From: Cetorhinus maximus
Taxonomy: Eukaryota
Direction: 5' to 3'
Length of the DNA stretch: 64,000 bases
Assembly (NCBI RefSeq): GCF_964194155.1
Contig: NC_135895.1
Span: 97,960,001-98,024,000 of the forward strand
Below, piece after piece: positions 13,207 to 25,744 of this stretch. A program made the translations under genes and the position numbers. Below the pieces are notes generated by a model, which did no database searches, was not told where the DNA came from, and was given only the letters and a program-made list of their open reading frames with translations. Each line of letters opens with the position of its first letter. The first letter of the stretch is position 1.

Positions 13207-13924
13207 ACCAATTTTAATAAATGTAGTTTAATTCACTGCCAGTTTTGTATTTTAAAAGTACCCATGCACTATTCCCAAGTGAAAAGGCAAGTAGGGTTTC
13301 TGCTTCTGCTTTAACGTTTATACCTGTTGTGACCAAATGCAAATTTTGCGTGTATTCAAAGTTATTAATGATCTAAATGTTTTTAGACCATAAGAGCTTC
13401 TATTTTGAACTCGTTACAAACAAAGTAATATACAATCTGCAAAAGAAAAGGCAAAATTAAATCAACAAAGACGACAAGCAAAAAATATCTGCATTATGGA
13501 GAGTTGATCTTCGGTACCTATCCGATACTAGATTTTATTGCTTTAAATACACGGTAATACAATTCCAGTTGATGAAATAGATTAAAGTGAAATGCAATGC
13601 CATTAAATGACTACTTCTATAATATTTATTGAACTTATAAAAATTGGATAAATATTTTGAAACCTCTCAATGCCAGTGACTGTGACCTAACCATTGTTAA
13701 GGGAATAGTTGCTTTCTTTGTACAACAGATTTTTTCAGATAAAATGTAGCACTAAACCTAGTCCAATCCATTTTTATGGAAAAAAGACAAATTCGTGGGA
13801 ATGCATAAAATTGTGCCTACAAGAACTAGGCGATACAGTTTAAAAATAAGGGGTCTCCCATTTAAGACTGAGATGAGAAGAAATTTTTTCTGAGTAATTA
13901 ACCTTTTGAACACTCTTCCTCCTC

Positions 13925-15465
13925 CTATCTGCCTCCTCTTTAAATACTCTCAGCGATCTAGCCTCCACAATTTTCTGGGGTAGAAAATTCCAGATCTTCA
14001 CTACCCTCCTGAGAGAAGAAATTCCTTCACACCTCAGTTTTAAATGATTGTCCCCTTATTCTGTAAATATGTCCCCTAGTTTGAGATTCCCCCACAAGTG
14101 GAAACATCTTCTCAACATCTACCCTGTCAAAGCCCCCTCAGAGTCTTGTATGTTTCAATAAAATCACCTTTCATTCTTTTAAACTCTAATGAATAAAGGC
14201 CTAACCTGTTTAGCCATTCTTGATAAGTCAACCGCTTCATCCCAGGAATCAGCCTAGTGAATCTCTTTTGAACTGCCTCCAATGCCAGTATATCCTTTCT
14301 TAAATAAAGGGACCAAAACTGTACACAGTACTCCAGATGCGGCCGCACCAACACCCTGTCCAACCCCCCAGCAATACAGGCCAAAATCCCATTTGCCTTC
14401 TTAATTACTTGCTGCACCTGCATGCTAACGTTTTGTGTTTCATGCACAAGAACACCCAGATCCCTCTGCGCTGCACTTTTTTTGGAGTCTCCATTTAAAT
14501 AATAGTCTGCCTTTTGATTCTTCCTACCAAAGTGCATGACCTCATACTTTCCTACATTGAACTCCATCTGTCAAGTGTTTGCCTACCCACTCAACCCATC
14601 TATATCCCCTTGCATATTCCTTATGTCCTCATCACAACATGCCCTCCCACCTATTTTTGTATCATCAGCAAATTTGGATAAGTTAAGCTCTGCCTCCCTG
14701 TTCCAAGTCATTAATATAGACAGTAAACAAATGATGCCCTAGGACTGATCCTTCTGGCACGTTACACCTTTCCAACCTGACTGTCTTCTTGTGTGTTAAC
14801 CAATCCTCAATCCATGCTAATACCCCCCAATACCATGAGCTCCTATTTTGTGCAATAACCTTTTATGTGGCACCTTATCGAATGTCTTCTGGAAATACAT
14901 CTACACCTACAGGTTTCCCCTTTATCAACTCTGCTTGTTATATCCTCAAAGAACTCTAGCAAATTTTTCAAACATGATTTCCCTTTCACAAAACCATATT
15001 GACTCTGTTTGATTGCATTAAGCTTTTCTAAATGTCCTGCTATTTCTTCCTTAATAATGGACTCTAGCACTTTCCCAATGACAGATGTTAGGCTGACTGG
15101 CCTATAGTTTCCTGCTTTTTGTCTCCCTCCCTTGACATGGGTGTCACATTAGTGGTTTTTCAATCCGCTGGGACCCTCCTGGAATCCAGTGAATTCTGGA
15201 ATATTTTAACCAATGCTTCCACTATCTCTGCAGCCACTTTCTTTAAAATCCTTGGATGCAGGCCATTAGGTCCTGGTGACTTGTCTGCCTTTAGTCCCGT
15301 TAGTTTGTCAATTACTTTGTCCCTCGTGATAGAGGCTGTTACGAGATCTTTCCTCCCATTTGCTCCTTGCTTATCTGATATCTTTGGGATGTTTATAGTG
15401 TCCTCCAACATGAAGACCGATGCAAAATATTGGTTTAAATTACCTGCCATTTCCCTGTTCCCCAT
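13925..15465 (-). mobile_element. CR1 LINE RT fragment, followed by a + strand CR1 3' tail at about 15470-15565
   Basis: KSPGPNGLHPRILK, QYGFVKGKSCL, VRPHLEYCVQFWS motifs. Confidence 0.9.
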
Positions 15466-16769
15466 TCAGGCAAAAATCAGATTAGCCATGATCTTATTGA
15501 ATGGTGGAGCAGGCTCGAGGGGCTGAGTAGCTTACTCCTGCTCTTAATTCATATGTTCATATATGTTTGCGTCTCAGCATGTGGGGGGAAAAGAAAAAGT
15601 TAGATGAACCTTGTCCTGCAAGAAAGAGGGAAATGTGTCCGTGTGTGTGCAGTCGTTTTGGTTGATGTACCTGTTGTGCTTGAATAACTGAGATGTGGAT
15701 GTGAAACTTGCAGCAATGTATGACGGTGAGCTGAAGTATAAGTCATGATTAGTAGAGATTGCTGGCAGGTGAGTAAAAGTAATGATGCATTGAGCTTGTA
15801 TCAGGCTAGTGGTGCAGTTGGTGGGCTAAAGCATTTGAAAATAGCTGTTTTAGCATCTCTGGCTATCTGGCCAGAAGGCGACTACCAAAAACAAGCTGCT
15901 AAGAGAGCATAATTGTTGATCTGGCTCTGCTGTGCCACTGCATAGACTTACACTCCAAGTGTCCTTCACTTTATTTTTCTGTTGAAAGGACCCCTTTTCA
16001 AATGGATTAGTAAGCACGGACTATCAAGTAAATTATAATGCTATATTAACTACATAATATGGCATGATAAGAGTATTTTAATAATGCTTTTAAGAAAACA
16101 AGTATTTATTTCCAGATATCAGTGAGATAGGCCCTTTTTCATTGCAGAGTCAGACTATCTTTTGTGTCTCCATCCTAGGTGAAACAGCAAACCACTCTGT
16201 GCTGTGCTCCTGCCTCCTCTTTTGCATTTTACATTATTTTGCAGACTTCCAGAAATGCCCTACAGATCTTTAGGGGGCTGCAGACCTCCATTTGAGAACT
16301 ACTTCTAGTGCAGCCATTGAATCTTTTTTATTAATTTAGTATTACACCACTCCCCCCACAACTTTCATTTCTTGCTATCTCTACTGAAAATGTTCCAACT
16401 ATTCAATCATCATCATTAAGGTGGAATAAGGCCTTTGGATATTTTTATTACACACAATCCTTCATACGTTTTTTGAGTAGGCAAACTCCTTTTTGTTTCC
16501 AAAGATGATCTGACTGATATGCAACTTGCTATATTAGTAATCATGGCCTTGAAATGGTATTTAACTACAATGTGGAGAAGTGCATTGATACAAAATTACA
16601 CTTAGACTGCCCAGTCACCCTAGCTTCACTGTTTGCGATAACAATTTTTTTCATATGTGTTTTCATTTTGACCTTTTCAATACAACCAATTCTTATGTTT
16701 CTACAATCTAGGGCTATTCTAATGCATCTGGTTTCATGAAACAATTTTGTAACCTCTTTGACTTTGTAG

Positions 16770-16991
16770 AATGGAAGCTTCCTGCTTGGAACTGGCCTTA
16801 GAAGGTGAACGACTCTGTAAAACAGGAGACTGTCGAGCTGGAGTATCATTTTTTGAAGCTGCAGTTCAAGTTGGAACGGAGGACCTGAAAACCCTCAGTG
16901 CCATCTACAGTCAGCTTGGAAATGCCTATTTTTATTTGCATGATTATTCCAAAGCACTGGAGTACCACCATCATGACTTGACTCTTGCAAG
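16770..16991 (+). CDS. GPSM2: GPSM2 coding exon 2 (MEASCLELALEGERLCK...HHHDLTLAR), TPR region
   Basis: Translation is near-identical to LGN. TTTGTAG acceptor, AG|GTAAG donor, 222 nt. Confidence 0.97.
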
Positions 16992-18254
16992 GTAAGCATG
17001 CATTCTGCCTCACTTTGGGTCTCCATGTATATGAAGGCCATTGCACTAATTTCTACTTGTAATCTTTGGAGAAATTTTGCAAGAACCATTCTGCTGTAAT
17101 TTCATTCCTTATTGTTCTCATGAGTATTTATATTAGAATATCAGTTTAATTTTGTCACTTGTGTCAGATGCTATGTTTTCCATCTTTCATTTGTGTCTGA
17201 TCATAAAGCAATCTTTTAAACATTCTAATTTGAGGAAAGTCCAGACAATATTACTGGAGGATCAAACTATTCTGGTATATGGCTCCTGGCTTAAAATCTT
17301 GCTGTTAACCATCAAACATTTGATCTAGTCCATTCTTTCAAGGAAAATATAGCTTTCTTAGTTTTCTGTTTAGCCCCCAGTGGGGAACATATCATCCAAT
17401 GCTTGACAAGATGAGGCTGGGAGCTTTTAACTCTCAAGACTCATCTGCACACTTCCCATTAGTTTTCCACTTGAACCTAGTAGGTATAACAAAGTGGTCT
17501 GTGGGTGCAGGTAGAATTTTGTGGAATAAGAGGCTGCTGCAGGAGACCTGAAGGACCATTCTAAGGTAGTTAATTAGGAGGGGGATTGGTAGGGCAAAAT
17601 GATTGTGATTGAGGGGGTGGGGAAGGAGAGTAAAGTCTAGGCCTGGCATGTCCCAAGATTTCCTTGTGGGGCTTGGAGGACTGCTCTTGCTCCTCTTGGC
17701 CCCCATGGAAAGAACAATTAAAATAACTTGTATTCTGGGTATTTTAGTTCTGGATCTAGGTTAGCCTTGCAGAGTGGTAACAATGTTTTCCCTGTACAGA
17801 CCTGGAGTTAAAATTTTACTCCTGCCTTGTTGATGTTATTGGAGCCTGACCAACATATTTGAAGCGACATCATGCCTTCCAGCGGGTGTCCTGCTTGCCT
17901 GCTTGAAACAGATGGTTAAAAATATATCATGCAGGGGCACAGTTAAATCGAAAGGGATAAGTCACAGGCACAATTTTTAACTGCCCACCCAGTTTCCACC
18001 AAGCAGGGAGGATTAAAGTCAGGTTTTTCTCTCTTCGGATATGAATGTATCTTTCTAGCACTTGTTTTTATTTCAGCCAATTTGGTTCATTAAACCATAA
18101 ATGGAGCCATAAATTATTTTGACTTATTGCATGTTACAATTTTGGTCACCATGCTCGAAAAGGCTTAAGGGATGAATGCCAAGAACAAAGGACTTGATAC
18201 AGAAAGCTTTGTCAGTTTTTTTTCGTTCTAATGTACTGTTCATTTAACTTTCAG

Positions 18255-18390
18255 AACAATTGGTGATCGACTGGGAGAAGCTAAAGCTAGTGGTAACCTT
18301 GGCAATACTTTCAAGGTTTTGGGGCGCTTTGATGAAGCAGTCGTTTGCTGTCAAAGACATCTGGACATTTCCAGAGAACTCTGTGATAAG
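18255..18390 (+). CDS. GPSM2: GPSM2 coding exon 3 (TIGDRLGEAKASGNLGNTFKVLGRFDEAVVCCQRHLDISRELCDK)
   Basis: TPR with LGN motif. TTTCAG acceptor, AAG|GTAGT donor, 136 nt, phases consistent. Confidence 0.96.
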
Positions 18391-18514
18391 GTAGTGGTTA
18401 GCAAAGAATTCAATATAAAAACAAAAAACTACTGCGGATGCTGGAAATCCAAAACAAAAACAGAATTACCTGGAAAAACTCAGCAGGTCTGGCAGCATCG
18501 GTGGAGAAGATAAG

Positions 18515-18553
18515 AGTTGACGTTTCGAGTCTTCGTGACCCTTCAACAGAACT
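18515..18553 (-). ncRNA. Minimal type I hammerhead ribozyme motif
   Basis: AGUU-CUGUUGA-A-GGGUC acgaa GACUC-GAAAC-GUC-AACU: stems I and II, GUC cleavage triplet, short palindromic stem III. Confidence 0.7.
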
Positions 18554-19103
18554 GAGTATAGTTAGGGGAGGGGTGAAATATAAGCTGGTTTAAGGCTGGT
18601 GGGGGGTGGGGGGTGGGGGGGGGTGGGGGAGAGAAGTTGAGGGTGGGGTGGTTGTAGGGACAAGCAAGCAGTGATAGGAGCAGAAAATCAAAAGATGTCA
18701 CAGACAATCAAAAGGTGTCACAGACAAAAGGATCAAAGAGGTGTTGAAGGTGGTGATATTATCTAAGAAAATGTGCTAATTAAGAATGGATGGCAGGACA
18801 CTCAACGTACAGCTCTAGTGGGGGCGGGGTGGAAAGACTGACAAGGTATTAGTTGTAGATTTAAAAGTAATGGAAATATGTGGGAAAAGAAAAATCTATA
18901 TAAATTATTGAAAAACACAAAAGGGAGGGGGAAGAAACGGGGTAGGGATGGGAGGATGGAGTTTAAGATCTAAATTTGTTGAATTCAATATTCAGCCCGG
19001 AAGGCTGTAAAGTGCCTAGTCCCTATAACCACCCCACCCTCAACTTCTCTCTCCCCCCCCCGCCTTAAACCATTTATATTTCACCTCTCCCCTAACTATA
19101 CTC

Positions 19104-19142
19104 AGTTCTGTTGAAGGGTCATGAAGACTCGAAACGTCGACT
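19104..19142 (+). ncRNA. Minimal type I hammerhead ribozyme motif, in sense with GPSM2 pre-mRNA
   Basis: AGUU-CUGUUGA-A-GGGUC augaa GACUC-GAAAC-GUC-GACU. Predicted cleavage after C19138. Confidence 0.7.
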
Positions 19143-19580
19143 CTTTTCTTCTCCACCGATGCTGCCAGACCTGCTGAGTTTTTCCAGGTAATTCTGTTTT
19201 TGTTAAGAATTCAATATGCTTGATCGTAATTCACTTGCTAACCATTTTTTCTGTGCCTTTTGTGATCAGTTGCTTTAGCATATTCTGCAATATTACTTTG
19301 CCAATGAAATGTTAATACATCCAATCATAATTCTAAAGACTCAGTGGGTAATTGCACTGAGCATTGGGACACTGAGTCATGGAGACCAAGAAGTTCTCAG
19401 TGCTAACTGAGCAGATCTGAACTGGGCAGTGATGGGGACACTACATTTGGGTTTATTCTATCCTGTTCATTTCCCCCACTTTTCCAGCACAGTTTCAATT
19501 ACATAGCCCTTTTCAGTGTTCTAATTTTTATGTTGTTGTTTATCCTTCATGATCAGTGCTCTGAATTCCTGCATTCCCAT

Positions 19581-20440
19581 GGGCTGAATTTTCTGGCTGG
19601 TGGTGCGGGCGTGGATCCGATCGCCGCCCGCGATCGGGTCCGTGCTGCCATTTTATGTGGGCGGGCCAATTAAGGCCTGCCCAGTGTGAATCGTGGCTCC
19701 CGAGAACAGCGGGAGTGGGCGGGCGGCGGCGGGTCTGCAATGACTGCCAGGTCCAATGGCGACCCAGCGGCCTGATTTAAAAAAAAAATTGCTGCAGCCT
19801 TTCCAAGACTGCGAATTATGGCCAGAGCACTGCTAGTGAGCAGGCCAGGCAGGAGGGTAGGGCAGGTGGGCACTGTGCCCCTTGTTTTTCCAATGATTGA
19901 TTGCCTTGCTGCCCTCCTCGAGGAGGTGGCAGCACGGTGGGAGGTCCTGGTACCCCAGGACAGGAGGACGAGGCCCCCCCCACATGACCAAACGTGCCTG
20001 GGAGGAGGTGGCAAAGGTGGTGAGCTCCCATGACGTGGTGTGACGCACCTGGATCTAAGTTTGCAAGCGCTTTAACAATTTGTTGCGTTCAGGAAGGGTG
20101 AGTACCATGTTGGCATTGGCTACTTTACCCAGCCGGTAGGCTTTCCCCCGTGCTTCCTTCTCCACCCCCTTCCCCCTCCCCAAGTCTGAGTGTATGACTG
20201 CATTGAATCAGTGACGGCATGTGTCCTTCGCTGGGTGGGCTGGCAGATATTGCCCATGCCGAGGTCAGCCTGAGAGGGTGGTGAAGAGATGAGTTCTGCC
20301 CCCCGCAGCATGTTGTACACTGAGACCCACATTACTGTTTTGGGGGCAACCTGGAGGAGCTGCACCTAGGCGCAGTGCTGGAACTCCAGGTCATGTCAAA
20401 GTCAGGGTGATGACATGCTAGGAGGGGAGCTTCAAGTTGG
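19581..20440 (+). mobile_element. Harbinger terminal fragment with the first exon of the Myb/SANT gene, truncated where a CR1 begins
   Basis: TIR GGGCTGAATTTT, subterminal palindrome, CLAALLEEVAARWEVLVP..WEEVA..RFNNLLRSGR, donor GTGAGT at 20098. Homologous to 11890-12353 reversed. Confidence 0.8.
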
Positions 20441-20444
20441 CGTG

Positions 20445-23165
20445 GCTCCTATTCAAATAATCATCTAATACCCTCTTGAATGCCTCGATTGAACCTGCCT
20501 CAACCACACTTGCCCACTCCACCAACTTGCCTATGTCCTCTTGAAGTTCCGCACCGTCGACCTCACAGTTCACAACACTCCCAAACTTCGTATCATCCGC
20601 AAATTTGAAATTGTCTCCTGCACACCAAGGACAGAATTTTCCCCCCGACGGGGGGGATGTTGATGGGCTGGCGCATGCGGGCGCACTTCCGATAGGCGGC
20701 GCCATTTTACGTTGGCGGGCCAATTAAGGCCCGCCCAGTGTGACGTCCGCAGGGGAGCACATAGTGCTATGCGCTCCCTGTGCGGGTGGGGGGGATCTCC
20801 TGAAAACAAGAGTGTGCCCTTTTGCGCATGCGCATGAAAGAGCACACTCATCTCCCTGAGACTAAGTGCTGCCTCAGGGAGATCGGCTCTACTTGCAACA
20901 ATATTAAAAATAGAAAAAAAAAATTCCCTTACATGTCCCCACATGTGACATGTTCATAATTTCCATAACAACTTTACTAAAATTTTTAAAACTCTACATG
21001 AAACCTCATCCCGCCGGTGGATGAGGTTTCATGTTTTTTCTAGTTGCTGCCGGGGCTCCTGGCCTGACCGCCAACATTATGGTTGGACGGGCAGGTCCTT
21101 TAATTGCTGAATTGACCATTGACAGGTCGGTGGGCACACAGCTAATTTTGCTGCGCCCCCGCCTTCCTGAAAATTTAAATGGGGTGGGGTGACATCGAGA
21201 GTTCCGCCCAACGTCATCCCACGTCGGTGAGTGGGCCCTGCCCCCGCTCGCCGACGGTAAATCCTGCCCCAAGACCTAGATCGTTAATATATATCATGAG
21301 AAGCAAGGACCCCAATACCGACCCCATGGGAACTCCACTACAAACCTTCCTCCAGCCTGAAAAATACCCATTGACCATTACTCTCTGCTTCCTGTTTTTC
21401 AGCCAATTTTGCATCCCTGTTGCTACTGTCCCTTTTATTCCATGAGCAATAACTTTTCTCACAAGTTTGTTGTGTGGCACTGTATCAAATGCCTTTTGAA
21501 AGTCCATGTGCAGCACACCAACAGAATTACCCTCATCGACCTTTTCTGTTACGTCTTCAAAAAAAACTCCAAGTTAGTTAAACATGATTTCCCCTTTAGA
21601 AATCCATGCTGACTCTTCCTTATCAATCCATATTTTTCTATGTGACTACCAATTCTATCCCAAATAATTGTTTATAGCGTCTTGCCCACCATTGAAGTTA
21701 AACTGACTGGTCTGTAATTGCTGGGCTTATCCTGACAACTTTTTTTGAACAAGGGTGCAATGTTTGCAATTCTTCAGTCCTCTGGCACCACCCCTGAGTC
21801 TAGGGAAGACTGAAAGATTATGGCCAGTGCCCCTGCAATTTCTGCTCACATCCTTCAATATCCTTGGATGCATCTCATCCGGTCCCGGTGCTTTGTCAAC
21901 TTTTAAGTATCGACAGTCTATTCAGCACTTCCTCCTTATCAATTTTGAAGTCTTCTAGTGACAGAGTTTCCTCATCTGTCACCATAGCCTGGGTAGCATC
22001 TACCTCCTTGGTAAAGATGGATACAAAATATTCATTTAGTACTTCAGCCATGGCCCCTCCGCCCATGTGTAAATTCCCTTTTAGGTCCCTAATTGGCCCT
22101 ACTCTTTTTACCACCCTTTTACTGTTTATATGCCTATAGAAGACTTTGGGATTCCACTTTATGTTGGCTGCCAGTCTTTTCTCATAATGCCTCTTTGCTT
22201 CTCTAATATGCTTTTTTACCTCCCCTCTGAACCTTCTGTATTCCTCTTGGTTCTCAATTGTATTTTCTAACTGACACCTGTCATAAGCGCACTTTTTCTT
22301 CTTTATCTTAATTTCATCTCCTTTTCATTTAGGGAGCTCTGGATTTATTTGCCCTACCTTTCCCTTTTGATGGGATATACTTTGACTGCCCAAACCAATT
22401 CTTTTTTGAAGGTAGCCCGTCGTTCAGCTACAGCTTTTCCCAACAGTCTTTCGTTCCAGTCTATCTGGCCCAGCTCCATTCTTGCCCCATTGAAGTCGGC
22501 TTTAGTCCGGTTATTCTTACTCTGGATTGCCTATCGTCCTTTTCTATCATCATTCTAAAACGTACAATGCAATGATCACTGTCTGCTAAATGTTCCCCCA
22601 CTGACACACTTTATCTACTTGGTCCACCTCATTTACAAGAACCAGTTCCAACAGTGTGTCTTTTCTTGTTGGATTGGGCACCTACTGCTGTAGAAAATTC
22701 TCCTGAACACGATCTAGGAACTTTTGCCCCTCTCCTTTACACTACCACTGTCCCAGTCTACATTTGGGTAATTAAAGTCACCCATTATAACTGCTCTTTA
22801 ATGCTTGCACCTCTCCGTAATTTCTCTGCAGATTTGTTCTTCTATGTCTTTCTCACTGTTTGGTGGTCTATAAACTACACCGAGCAATGTAATTGCACCC
22901 TTTTTGTTCCTTAGCTGTAGCCAAATTGATTCTGTCCTTGAACTCTCTGGGCCATCCTCTTTCTCCAGCACTGCAATGCTCTCCTTAACCAATACCTCCA
23001 CCCCTCCTCCTTTCCTTCCTTTCCTATCTTTTCTGAACACCTTGTACCCGGGAATATTTAACATCCAGTTCTGTCCTTCCTTGTGCCAGGTCTCTGTTAT
23101 CACAGCAACATCATATTTCCACATGGCAGTCTGCGTCTGTAACTCCCCAGTCTTATTTACTATTT
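20445..23165 (-). mobile_element. CR1 LINE (endonuclease + RT), interrupted by a MITE
   Basis: YDVAVITETW, VYRPPN, DFQKAFD, GVPMGSVLG, FADDTK motifs. Its 5' end lies about 50 bp from the exon 4 acceptor. Confidence 0.92.
20629..21269. mobile_element. Harbinger-family MITE, 641 bp, with 3-bp TSD CAA
   Basis: TIRs GGACAGAATTTTCC and GGTAAATCCTGCCC, with CAA on both sides. Removing the MITE plus one CAA rejoins the CR1 RT segment INDLGLG|VQETIS next to FADDT. Confidence 0.88.
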
Positions 23166-23217
23166 TGTAGCTGACTATTACTTATTTTGAATTTGTTTTT
23201 GTGTTTATAAAAAACAG

Positions 23218-23360
23218 GTAGGCGAAGCAAGAGCACTTTACAATCTTGGCAATGCATACCATGCTAATGGAAAAAGTCTGGCTTGTGCAGGAACTCAGGA
23301 TCCAGGTGATTTTCCAGAAGAGGTGTTTGTGGCTCTACAAAAGGCTTCAGGCTACTATGA
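23218..23360 (+). CDS. GPSM2: GPSM2 coding exon 4 (VGEARALYNLGNAYHANGK...ALQKASGYYE)
   Basis: TPR. ACAG acceptor, GA|GTGAGT donor, 143 nt. Confidence 0.96.
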
Positions 23361-23599
23361 GTGAGTAATTTCTCTCAAAGAATCAGAAAATTTTAAAGCA
23401 GAAAAAGAAACCATTTGGCTTATTGCTCCTGTGCTAGTTCTCTAAAGGAGCTGTCCATTTATATTAATTCATCTGCCCTTTTCTCATATACTCTTTTTTT
23501 ACATTTAAAAAAATATATATCATTCATTTTCTTTAGAAAAGCTACAATGGATTCTACTTCTCCCAATCTCTGTTAGGGTAGAAGTTCAAATCAGTTTTT

Positions 23600-25095
23600 T
23601 GCTGGATTGCCCTTTGGAGTAATCTTGGGTGACTTTAATATATATGTAGACTGGGCAAAACCAAATTAGTAATAATACTGTGGCGGGTGAATTCCTAGAG
23701 TGTGTACGAGGTGGTTTTTTAGACCAGTACCTTGAGGAACCGACTAGGGAACAGGCTATCCTAGATTTGGTATTGTGCAATGAGAAGGGGTTAATTAATA
23801 ACCTTGTGTGGCTGCTTTAGGGAACAGTAACCATAACATAATAGAATTCTTCATTAGGATGGAAAGTGAAGGAGTCAGATTTAAAACGAGGGTCCTAAAT
23901 CTAAACAAAGGAAGTTACGAAGGTATGAGGTGTAAGTTGGCTAAGATAGATTAGGGAACTTAATTAAAAGGCAATGGCTACTATTTAAGGAACAAATGCA
24001 TGCGTTGCAACAGTTATACATTCCTTTCCGGCGCAAAAATACAACAGGAAAGCCAGCCCAACCATGGCTAACAAAACAAATTAAGGATAGTATTAGATCC
24101 AAAGAGGAGTCATATAAAGTTGCTAGGCAAAGAAGCAAGCCTGAGGATTGGGAGCAGTTTAGAATTCAGTAGAGGACCAATGGATTGATTTAAGAGGGGC
24201 AAAATAGAGAATGAGAGTAAACTTGCAAGGAACATAAAAGTGGACTGTAAAAATTTCTATAAATATGTAAAAAGAAAAAGATTAGTGAAGACAAATGTAG
24301 GTCCCTTACAGTCTGAAACTGGAGAATTTATAATAGAGAACAAGGAAATGGCAGAGCAATTAAACAACTACTTTAGTTCTGTCTTCACGGAGGAAGACAC
24401 AAATAACTTCCCAGAAATGCTAGGGAACCAAAAGTCTAGTGAGATGGAGGATTGAAGGAAATTAGTATTACTAAAAAAAAATTGCTGGAAAAATTAAATG
24501 GGACTGAAAGCCGATAAATCCTCAGGGCCTGATAATCAATATCCCAGGGTACTAAAGGAGGTGGTTATGGAAATAGTGGATGCATTGGTTGTTATCTTCC
24601 AAACTTTTGTAGACTCGAGCAGTCCTGGCAGATTGGAGGTTGGCAAATGTAACTCCACTGTTTAAAAAGGAGGGAGGGAGAACACAGGGTATTACAGACC
24701 GGCTAGCCTAACATCAGTAGTAGGAAAAATGTCTATTATAAAGGATGTGTTAACAGGACATTTAGAAAATATTAATGGAATTATACAAAGTCAGCATGGA
24801 TTCATGAAAGGGAAATAATGTTTGACAAACCTACTGGAGTTTTTTGAGGATGTAACTAGCGGAATATATAAAGGAGAAATAGTGGATGTGGTGTATTTGG
24901 ATTTTCAGAAAGTTTTTGTTAAAGACCCATATAAGAGGTTATTGTGCAAACTTAAAGCACGTGGGATTGGGGATAATATATTGGCATGGATTGAGAATTG
25001 AGCAGCAGACAGGAAATGGAATAAACAGTGACAGGCGATGACGAGTGGGCAACCGCAGGGATAAGTGCTTGGGTCCCAGTTATTCACATACGTAG
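23600..25095 (+). mobile_element. CR1 LINE fragment (end of endonuclease to mid RT)
   Basis: GDFN, FYKYVKRKR..KTNVGPL, QHGFMKG, YLDFQK motifs, with stops and frameshifts. Confidence 0.9.
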
Positions 25096-25309
25096 AGGGA
25101 TTAAATATGGTTAATATTTCCAGGGTTTTTGTTCATTTATATAGTACAATGTGAAGCATTGCTCATTATGCTTAAAATGTGTTTTCTTTTTGACGTCACA
25201 TAACCTTCTCTGGAGAATTTTGATCAGCCTCAAGTTTTACTGGTTTGTCCCTAGAAAGGAATGAAGAGCTGGTAAGGAAACTAGGAGGCCTGTTTAAGGG
25301 ATCCTAGCT

Positions 25310-25470
25310 AGTGTTTTCTCTAGGCTGCGCAGGAACCCAAAAGTACCTGTGCAGGCTGCACACATGTCGGCCGCTTCAAAGTAGTGCACAGCTGCGCAAA
25401 GAAATTTAAAGAGACCACACATTTAAAGAAATTGCCCACACTTTTCTTAACAAAAAAAAGAGGGGGAACA
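25310..25470. mobile_element. Possible decayed small TIR element (hAT-like MITE)
   Basis: AGTGTTTTCTCT...AGAGGGGGAACA imperfect inverted termini, with an internal GCTGCGCA repeat. Confidence 0.3.
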
Positions 25471-25744
25471 TCTTAACCTTATAATGATCTCATATGCTGC
25501 TGCATGCACACTTTTAAGCGGCAGGTGTACAAATTGATTCTGGTGCTGGCTGACTTTCTCCAAGGATATGCGTAGTCCTAAATGAGAGCAGTGATTACTG
25601 TTATACTTTTGGTGAACCTTCAACTATTCTGTATTTCTTAACCCAATTTATCCTTGCTTTTTCTTTGCCTATGTTAAGTGAAGTCCTAATCTGAATTTAC
25701 CATCACAAATCAGTAGTATTTACCTGTAATAATTTTATTCATAG

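Larger units (their letters stand above)
18417..19204 (-). mobile_element. 5'-truncated Penelope-like element with an inverted 3' repeat and a 13-bp TSD
   Basis: TSD AAGAATTCAATAT at 18404-18416 and 19205-19217. Arms 18453-18661 and 19019-19204 are reverse complements. The spacer ends with the ORF C-terminus LGTLQPSGLNIEFN on the minus strand. Confidence 0.85.

Noticed and set aside
18595-18660. G-quadruplex-like G-runs as a host regulatory element
   Set aside because: They are part of the Penelope arm, mirrored by C-runs at 19020-19065, with no independent support.
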